Origin: Candidatus Aminicenantes bacterium
GTDB lineage: Bacteria > Acidobacteriota > Aminicenantia > UBA2199
Direction: 5' to 3'
Length of the DNA stretch: 54,192 nt
Assembly (NCBI GenBank): GCA_024644125.1
Contig: JAHELQ010000001.1
Coordinates: 1 to 54,192 of the forward strand
Part shown: positions 45,301 through 53,600 of the stretch, piece after piece
How positions within the stretch are numbered: position 1 is the first letter of the stretch
Layout: the number at the start of each line of letters is the position of its first letter
Translations under genes and position numbers: made by a program
Notes under the pieces: model-generated
What the model was told of the DNA's origin: nothing
Database searches by the model: none
What the model saw: only the letters and a program-made list of their open reading frames with translations

Positions 45301-47936
45301 AACACCAGACAATCGATGTTGGGGTCCTGAAGCAATGACTCGGAGTTTCTGGTGGCATACGGGCCTCCCGCCACGATGGGGCAACCGAATCCCCATTGGC
45401 GGATGAGGGCGATTGTGGAATGGAAAAAATCCCTATAAAACGTCAGGCTGCGGGCCCCGATAATATCCGGTTTGAATGATTCCAGAAGCTCCTTCAACCG
45501 GCTATGGCTATCGAAGTCGATTCGGGACTTCAAAATTTTGCCGTTTATCCTGTCGCCCAATCGCTCGTTGAGATAGGTCATCACGTACACCGCCCCCAGA
45601 GGAGGTTCCACCACATCATACAGCAGGTCTGTATCGCTACTGTAATGTTGGGACAGGTCCAACATCAAGATCTTCACCGCGTCGGCGGAGGGCTGCCGGG
45701 CTGGGAACTGCCGTTTGAGTTTTTGATTCAAATCCGGAACCCGGAATGTGTCGTCGTCAACAAAGCCCCGCCCCCCGAGTTCGCTTCGTTCCAATCCCAG
45801 GAATTCCAACAAGGAGTCAAAGTTATCGAGTTCTTCGGGAAAATAACTATCATACTTTTGCACTATCTCATCTTCGGTCATCACGCTCATTTGCACAGGT
45901 AGGACCTTGAGAAGCCGCTCTTTGTCGAGAAAATATTCGTTGATGAATTCCGCCTGGTAATTGGCGGTGAAGCTCTTGTCGAAAGGCGACGTGGGCGACG
46001 GTTCATGAAACGCCATGTTCTCCGAGCGGTAGATGTCTTCTTCGGCGATTCCGTTCTTCATGGCCAGATCCGCCATCCCGGTGTGCGGGTAAATTTTCAG
46101 GTTGAAGATATAGGGAAAGTGGACCCAATGCAGACTCTTGATAAAATCCAGAGTCATACGCGCCTCTTCTTCAGTTTCAGTTGGAAAGCCATGGATGGAG
46201 AATAGTTCGAGAATCACCTGCGGGTGCTTTTGGCAGAAGTATTCGATGTTTTCCCGGAATATATCCAATTTCAGGTTTTTCTTGATGAGGGTTTGCAAAC
46301 GGGGCGACGCCGTTTCGAGCGCCAGGGCGGTGGCGGTGAGTCCGGCCTCCACCAGGAGATCGATGTAATCTTTTGTCAGAAGATCTCCTCGTAACCCATT
46401 GGGAAAAAACAATTGCACATCCAGGTTGTTTTTTACGATCATCTCTAAAAATCGCATCCCATTCTCACGGTTCAAGTTGAAGATATCGTCGAATATGGAA
46501 AACCGCCGGACTCCCATGTCGTAATAGAGTCTCATCTCTTCGAAGATGCTATCGGCGGAGCGGAATACATGGTTACGCCCCCATATTTTACTGCAGTAGG
46601 CGCACTGGTAGGGACAGCCGCGGGCGGTTTGCAGCGAGATGGTGTTTTTCACCATCACCTGCCCGATATAATTGCAGTATTTTTCCAGATCGATCATTGA
46701 TCGGTCCGGGAATGGCAAACTGTCTAAATCGGTGATCTGCTGAGCCGGCTGCGTGACAATGGGTTGCACGCGGCGTCGATCCAATCCCTGAAGTTTTGTA
46801 TATTGATTTTTTTTCAAGGTGTTCTGGTTTGTCAAGAGAACCGGAGCTTCGCAATCATCCAGCATGGTGCAAACGCGATCGCTGGGCAATCCTGGATCCA
46901 CCGGCAGATACGCGCCGCCGGCCTTCATAATCCCAAGCAACCCTGGAACCATGTCCGGTGATGGTTCCATCATGACGCCGGCGATCGTATCCTCCCCCAC
47001 CCCTTTTTCCTTCATCATCCAGGCGATACGATTGGCTTTTTTATTTAATTCCCCATAGGTCAGAGAATGCCGCTCGCCGCTCTGGGTGTTTTCAAACACC
47101 AGCGCGATTCCCTCCGGCTGCGTTTCCACCTGTCTCTTGATCAATTGGGGAATAGTATGCTCCTCCGGAAAGTTTTTATTGGTATCATTAAATTCTTCAA
47201 GTATGCGGACGCGCTCACCGCCGGCCAGCAATTGAATGTTTACCAACGGCTCGTCTAGAGTTTCGACAGCATGTAGCAGAAGTCGGCAAAAGTGTTCCTG
47301 AATGGATTTCGTAAGACCTGTCGAATACAAGTCGCTGTTGAATTCCAGTGTGAGGCGAAGCTCCTGCTCGTGCCGTTGAAAAATAAACCTGATATTCAGC
47401 GGAAGCCCCGCTAGATCGTCTTTGCGATGAATATTCTCCAGCAATACCGCGACATCGAACAGGGGAAAATGGTTTCCCGACACTGGAAGATTCAATTTGA
47501 ACAGCAACGTCTCCAGAGGGTAGTTCGAATGTTCGTCCGCCTCGATGATCGATTGCCGCGCTTCGAGAAGCAACTCTTTGAACGACATCGTTTCGGTGAG
47601 TTTGGTTCGAATGGCGAGGGCGGTGTTGAGATATTCCTCATCTTCTTCGTGTCGATAGATTGGTATTCCGACAATGATATCGTCCATTCCCGAATATTTC
47701 TTCAATAAAGCGATCACCGCCGTAACCAGGATCATATGAAGCCTGTGATCCGATTGATTGCTCATCCGAAACAAACGTTCCGACACGTCGGCCTGCATAT
47801 CGATCGAGATCTCCATCATCTGCGGCGGCGTATCGCCGGCGGAAATTTGCAGGTCCGGTGGAAATGCCGCCAGGGCGAGTTCTCCAGATAGTTTTTCCAG
47901 CCAATAGGTTCCCTCGGGGGTAGTATGTTCTGTCAT
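42345..47936 (-). CDS. Non-ribosomal peptide synthetase: C-terminal half of a C domain - A domain interrupted by radical SAM + B12-binding didomain - T - E
   Basis: I chose the start at ATG 47936 (MTEHTTPEG), with AGGAGG 6 nt upstream. The N-terminal ~240 aa align only to the C4-C7 region of C domains and lack HHxxxDG. A1/A2 are LTYGELN and [11 protein letters not shown]. The insert carries CPYQCAYC and a B12-type Rossmann block. The A domain resumes with A3 [17 protein letters not shown], A5 NQYGPTE, A7 YKTGD, A8 [20 protein letters not shown] and A10 PGGKLDR. The T motif is FFSIGGDSI. The E domain has [10 protein letters not shown] (43323-43352). The C-terminal tail is [24 protein letters not shown]. 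Confidence 0.9.
   Translation of the reverse strand: [1863 protein letters not shown]
45093..46775 (-). other. In-frame radical SAM (CxxxCxxC) + cobalamin-binding-type didomain inserted between A-domain core motifs A2 and A3
   Basis: [14 protein letters not shown] has its Cys triad at nt 46593-46616, and [11 protein letters not shown] is present. Next comes [46 protein letters not shown] (nt ~45213-45674). The borders are approximate. Confidence 0.8.
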
Positions 47937-47952
47937 GTGCATCCTCCTCTTT

Positions 47953-50676
47953 TCAAAAAGTGAAATCCCCATCCAGATCGCGGGTGCGGGGAGCTCGTTT
48001 CAGTTTTTTCACCTTGTGCCTGTCATCCACACGCGATCCCCTGTCCTCGAACTCCTCGAACGAAGGGACGGCGTTTTCATGCAAGCGTTTCCAGCGTTGA
48101 TCCGCCTTGTACAATTCGTGAACAGTAAAGGGATTGGGGACTCCCAAAGTCTTGCAATGCTCGGCGAACCGGTTCATCCGCCGGTACGCCTCTTCCCGCG
48201 ACGGCATACAATCCGCCACCCAGGTATCGATCCGGAGCATGTCCCGGTGGCGTTCTGGGTAGAGCGAATACCGCCTGTCCGCCCAGGCGCGGGTATCGAC
48301 CTGTCCGGTGGGATAATAATAGAATGGGCATCCCCAGACCTCGTAGATGTGATCTTGCAATTCCTCGATCAAATTCAATGTCTGCTGGAAGTCCTCTTCG
48401 GTTTCTCCGGGAAATCCGATCACCCAGCACGTGGATGTTTTGATGCCCGCGTCCGCCAAACTGATGACCGCCTCCTTCACCTGGTCCACTGTGATCTTTT
48501 TATTCATCAAATCCAATACCCGCTGCGAACCACTTTCGATTCCAAGTTTCGCCTTATAAAACCCGCCCCGCCGCCACATCAATGTGGTCTCCCGGTCGGT
48601 GACCGGTTTATCGGCCCTGAGATACCCATCCCAATAAATGGCCTGCTCCTCGTCTATCAATGTGTTCGCCAGGTCGGTGGCCACGGGATTGAGCAAAGAA
48701 TCGCACAGCAGAAAAAGTTGCCTGCCGCTTTTTTGATGGAGATATTTGAGTTCCGCGGCGATTTGTTTGCCGCCTTTTTTCCGAAAATTCCCCCATTGAA
48801 CGGTTTCGGAACAAAATTTACATTGAAACGGGCAACTGCGCGATCCATAACTGGCGGCCATCAAATAAGCGTCCAGATCAAAATCATCAAAATCCGGCAC
48901 CGGGGCTTCGGCCAACGGCAATGTCTGATTTCCGATGTCCTGGATCGAGTAGATATTTTTGTCCTTAGGTAGTTCGTTCTGAAGATATTTCAAGAGCAGG
49001 AGCTCTCCTTCGCCGATGAAGAAGGCGTCGATACAATCGTTTTTCGCCAAAAACAGATCCCAATTGGGAGATCCCGGCGCCAATTGTTCGGAAAAAACAC
49101 CGCCCCCCATCACTGTCCTAACAGCGGGATTTTTCTCGCGGGCCAGGCGCGCTACAAAAATCGATGTGGGAAGATTGGTCTCAAACACCGAAAAACCGAT
49201 GACATCGGGAGCTTCACGTTCGAGTATATGATCGAAAAAGAGTTCAAGGCCGGCGTAGAATTCCTGTACCAACCGGATCATTTCTTCGATCACCAGCCGG
49301 TCTATATCGGTATAAAACGTTTTGGCCACAAGAATTTTAACAAGCTCCCTGTATTCATCCGGATCGGTGAAATGGAGATGGGCCATCAAATGATTCTGCA
49401 ACACATCCTTTCCGGTGACAAAATAATTTCCCCATTTGTTTTCAGGTACGACGCGCGCCAACGTTTCAAAATAGGCGCTATGAAACTGCCGGAATCTATC
49501 TTCGATATTCGCGTCAACCGTGGTTACCGGATATCCGTACCGGGTCAGAAAACTCTTGAGGCAAGCGATCCCCAACGGCGGAATCAGAGGCGACCAAAAC
49601 GGCAACATGACCAGAAGGATTTTCTCCTTCGAGTGCGAATCGAGATGCCCCAGATCGAAATGGATTTCGGTTGCCAATTTCTCCAGCATTCCGTCTGGAG
49701 GATTGAGTTCCAGATCTTTCAGAGCTTGCTCTCGGGTGATTTCCCCGGAACGGATCAGTGTCGAGTACTCGTCATGATAGTGGGTGTAACCGCGTACATT
49801 CAGATCCCGGAAGGAATTGAGCCAGATCATGTCGCAGTTTGTGGTGCGGGTTGGATAACTGGCTTTTATCGGCCGCCAATCGAACCGTTTCCGGCAAATG
49901 GCCTGCAATTCTTGTTTATCTGTTTTGTAGAATTTGAATACGAAAAAAGGTACAAAAAGAATTTTCCCTGAGTTGACCGGATTTTCAAGATCCCGTCGTT
50001 CCCGGTAAATCACCTGTTTTTTCAATATATTCCACTTATTTTGAAATTTTTCGAAGAATTCCTGATCGCCGCTATTCATGGCGATTTCAATCATTTTGGA
50101 GAACCATTGATGCGCCTTGTAGTCGTCATGCATCATCGCGGCCTGCCCTTTGGAGTATCCATTGATCACCAGAGGGATATCAAAATGATCCGCCAATTCC
50201 AGACCGTTCAAATACAACATGTTGCCGCAAGCGAAGCACGGACTCACCTCGGTTTCATTGGACTCATTGAAGTACTTGAACAATTTGCGCATGAAGCCGA
50301 GATCGTTCTTCCAGATCACCAGATCGACATCCAGCTCCTTGCAGAGCTTCTCGACATTCCTGGTGGCTTCGGGATCGTCCCAGCCATGATCGCTATGGAA
50401 TGCCAGCGGCCGCAATTGATAGTTTTCTACCAGGGTAATCAGCGTAAAACAGCTATCCACACCTCCGCTTAACGGCACCAGCACATCGTATTGCCTTCCG
50501 GGGTTCCGGTATTTTTGCAGAGCTGATTTCACTTCGGCCTCGCTGGTAAAATCAGTGGTCGAGCCGCCTTCGGCGGCCACTTTATATTCATTGCAAAAAT
50601 TACAAATCCCTCCCTCATCAAATTGGATCCCGGGAAATGTCTCGGGTAACACACACTTTTTGCAGGTTTTCATCAT
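47953..50676 (-). CDS. Tri-domain fusion: PP-loop ATP pyrophosphatase (N-acetyl-sugar amidotransferase/WbuX-like) + B12-binding domain + radical SAM domain
   Basis: 907 aa with AAGAGGAG SD. The N-terminus CKKCVLPETFPGIQFDEGGICNFCNEY is followed by the PP-loop PLSGGVDS (50452-50469). The B12-type block is KILLVMLPFWSPLIPPLGIACLKSFL..VIGFSVF..VMGGGVF..FIGEGE. The radical SAM part has SRSCPFQCKFC (48811-48834), GIESGSQRVLDLM and VIGFPGETEEDF. Confidence 0.85.
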   Translation of the reverse strand: MMKTCKKCVLPETFPGIQFDEGGICNFCNEYKVAAEGGSTTDFTSEAEVKSALQKYRNPGRQYDVLVPLSGGVDSCFTLITLVENYQLRPLAFHSDHGWDDPEATRNVEKLCKELDVDLVIWKNDLGFMRKLFKYFNESNETEVSPCFACGNMLYLNGLELADHFDIPLVINGYSKGQAAMMHDDYKAHQWFSKMIEIAMNSGDQEFFEKFQNKWNILKKQVIYRERRDLENPVNSGKILFVPFFVFKFYKTDKQELQAICRKRFDWRPIKASYPTRTTNCDMIWLNSFRDLNVRGYTHYHDEYSTLIRSGEITREQALKDLELNPPDGMLEKLATEIHFDLGHLDSHSKEKILLVMLPFWSPLIPPLGIACLKSFLTRYGYPVTTVDANIEDRFRQFHSAYFETLARVVPENKWGNYFVTGKDVLQNHLMAHLHFTDPDEYRELVKILVAKTFYTDIDRLVIEEMIRLVQEFYAGLELFFDHILEREAPDVIGFSVFETNLPTSIFVARLAREKNPAVRTVMGGGVFSEQLAPGSPNWDLFLAKNDCIDAFFIGEGELLLLKYLQNELPKDKNIYSIQDIGNQTLPLAEAPVPDFDDFDLDAYLMAASYGSRSCPFQCKFCSETVQWGNFRKKGGKQIAAELKYLHQKSGRQLFLLCDSLLNPVATDLANTLIDEEQAIYWDGYLRADKPVTDRETTLMWRRGGFYKAKLGIESGSQRVLDLMNKKITVDQVKEAVISLADAGIKTSTCWVIGFPGETEEDFQQTLNLIEELQDHIYEVWGCPFYYYPTGQVDTRAWADRRYSLYPERHRDMLRIDTWVADCMPSREEAYRRMNRFAEHCKTLGVPNPFTVHELYKADQRWKRLHENAVPSFEEFEDRGSRVDDRHKVKKLKRAPRTRDLDGDFTF

Positions 50677-50691
50677 AAATCTCCTCTTTTT

Positions 50692-53600
50692 CTATAGGTC
50701 GAATTGAAAATCGCCCTGTTCTTGAATTGTTTTCCGGACAGGAAGTTGCGGGCCTGAATCCAGATCGCCGATGGGCCGGTCGCAATTCTCGATTACGCTC
50801 TTCACCAAACTTTTGTATTTTTCTGCGATGATCTCGATTGTCCGGCGTTTATATAAATCGGTGGCATAGATGATCATAAAAGCCATTCCCTTGTTGGTTT
50901 CGAAGCCCATCCAGTCCATGTCTATTTTGGTGGTCTCCTGAAAAATCTTGTAATAAGAAATATCAAGCCCTTCCAGATTCATCGCTTCATTCTCGAATGT
51001 ATTGACATCCTGATTCCGTACTTCAAATATTGTGTCAAACAACGGGTTCCGGTTACTGCCGCGATGTTTCCAGACCTTGTTCACCAAATTTTCAAATGGA
51101 TAGGCCTGATTTTCATAGGCTTTGAACGAACGATTTACAACTTCGCGCAAGAAATCGCGGAATGTTTTTCCCGGCGTTGGGAAATTTCGCAACGCGATGG
51201 TATTGATGAACACTCCCGCCACGGGCTCGAGCTCCTTATTGATACGGCCGACTACGGGAATTCCCACGGAAATGTCGTTCTTACCGGAAAGACGCGCCAG
51301 CAACACATAAAATACCGCCAACATCACAATATGAATGGTTCCCCCTTCGTTTGCGGCCAATTTCAGGACGAGTTCCCGTTCGTTTGTATCAAACCTCAAT
51401 TCCACAAAACTTCCTTTGTTGCCGGGTTTCGCCAGAGGAGCATAATCATAGGGATAATCCAACAACGACGGAGCTTCGCGATATTCATTGAGCCAAAAAT
51501 CCTCTTGTTTCTGGATGAGTTCCCGATACGCCTCGCTATTTTGCCATTCGGAGTAATCCTTGTATTGAAGGGGCAACTCCGGGAGCTCCAGCCCCTTGTA
51601 AAGTTGCAAAAACTCGCGGAAAATATTGTTCTGGGTCATCACGTCCGAAATAATGTGGTGGGTATCGATGACCATGATATGTTTCCGTTCTCCGGTTTTG
51701 ATGAGAGCGGCCCTGATAAGCGGGGGTCTCTCCAGATCAAACGGGCGGATATATTGACGGATCACCGGGTCCGGGGAACCTTCCGGATAAAACCAATCGA
51801 TGTTGAATTCCACATGGGAGTGGATTTTTTGTACGGGAGAATCCCCTTCCATGTGAAACGAAGTTCGTAAACTCTCATGCCGCTGAATGAGTATTCGAAA
51901 AATCTCCTGGAATCGTTGCGCGTCGAAATCCCCTTCCAACAAGACATTCATATAGATATTATAGGCGACGGAATCATCCTCCATTTGCTGAATGATATAT
52001 AGCCGTTGTTGAGCCGAAGAGAGCGGATAGCTCTCTTTTTGAGGGGCCCGTGGAATCATGATCGCTTGCTGTTGATTCCTGCCCCGGATAACGATCGCCA
52101 ATTCCCGGATGGTGGGTTTGGAAAAAATTTCCGCTAGAGTGATCTCCACGTCCAGGCGATTGCTGATGCGGGCGATGACCTGATTGGCCTTTAGCGAGTG
52201 GCCGCCCAACTGGAAGAATTCATCCTCGATACCGATTTTTTCCTCCGGGATCTCCAGCACTTCGGACCAGATCTTTACCAACACCCGTTCGACTTCATCC
52301 CCCGGCGGCACATGATTGGAATTTTTTTCCGCTCGAGGAGCGGGAAGCAATGCTCGGTCCACTTTACCGTTTATATTAAGGGGCATGTTATCCAGTTGAA
52401 TGAAATAGGTCGGGACCATATACGACGGTAATTCTGCCGACAGGAATTTTCGGATTTCGCGGGAATCGAGGCTGTCTTCCCCCGCGGTGATATACGCGCA
52501 CAAATGTTTTTCCCCGGTATCATCTTCAGTCGCCAAAACCACCGCTTCGGTGATAGCGGGAAATCTCAACAATTGATTCTCGATTTCTCCAGGCTCGATA
52601 CGGGTCCCCCTTATTTTGACCTGCCCGTCGGTACGGCCTGAAATCTCCAGGTTTCCGCAAGGTAACATCCGTCCTAGATCACCGGTTTTATAAACAATAT
52701 CCATTGGATTGGCGCTGAACGGATTGGGGATGAAGACCTGCTCGGTCATTTGGCGATCGTTAAAATATCCTGATGTCATGAACGGCGTCCTGATATAAAT
52801 CTCTCCCCGTTGACCCGGCTCGCACCGCTGCATCCTGCTATTCAAAAGCAAGGCCTGACTTCCCTGAATGGGTTTCCCCACAGCGACAACAGGCTTATCT
52901 TTATCCTCCGGCTGGATTCTGTAAAAGAATTTCACCATCGTGGTTTCGGTAGGCCCGTATAAATTCACCAATTGGATGCGGTCGTCGAACAATTCGATAA
53001 ACCTGCGAATATCATTGCCTCTCAGCAATTCTCCCGCCAGAAGAATATATTTAACATGCTTGAGTTGACTTGAAGCGGACAAATGTCCGGTCATCTCTTT
53101 GAACAACGATGGAACCATATGAATGAGATTAACCTCTTCCTCATCGAGCCATTGGATCAATTTGTCCATATCCCTCAGAACTGCCGGTTGGGGAATGCAA
53201 CATGTGCCTCCGCATGACAACGGAACAAAAATATCCCGGAGAAAAGGATCAAACGTTGGAGGCGTCAATTGACTGACCTTGAAGCTCTCATCGATTGCAA
53301 ACTCCCCTATCTCCCATTGGATGAAATGCGCAAGGCTAATGGTGCGCCCCAATATTCCTTTAGGAACACCGGTCGATCCTGATGTAAAATATACATAGCA
53401 GTGCTTGTTATCCATTGGTACAATTGATTCCAGTAGTTCGGTACCAGTGGAAATATCTTCATACTCTACAATTTCCGGGGGATCAACCATACCTTCCAGA
53501 ATTCCGCTCAACATATTTAGATGGTCTGTGGATGTGATCAGGAGAGCTGGCTTCAATTCATCCAACATTCGCTTGATTCGGTTCTCGGGTAAAAAAGGGG

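Noticed and set aside
47935-48972. Long antisense ORFs inside the NRPS/PKS/rSAM genes: 47935..48972 (+) 345 aa, 31651..32658 (+) 335 aa, 49084..49971 (+) 295 aa, 51064..51870 (+) 268 aa and 1825..2655 (-) 276 aa.
   Set aside because: They lie entirely opposite ORFs with unambiguous domain motifs. Their composition is low-complexity and rich in Arg, Gly, His and Pro. They show no recognisable motifs or SDs. These are typical shadow ORFs.
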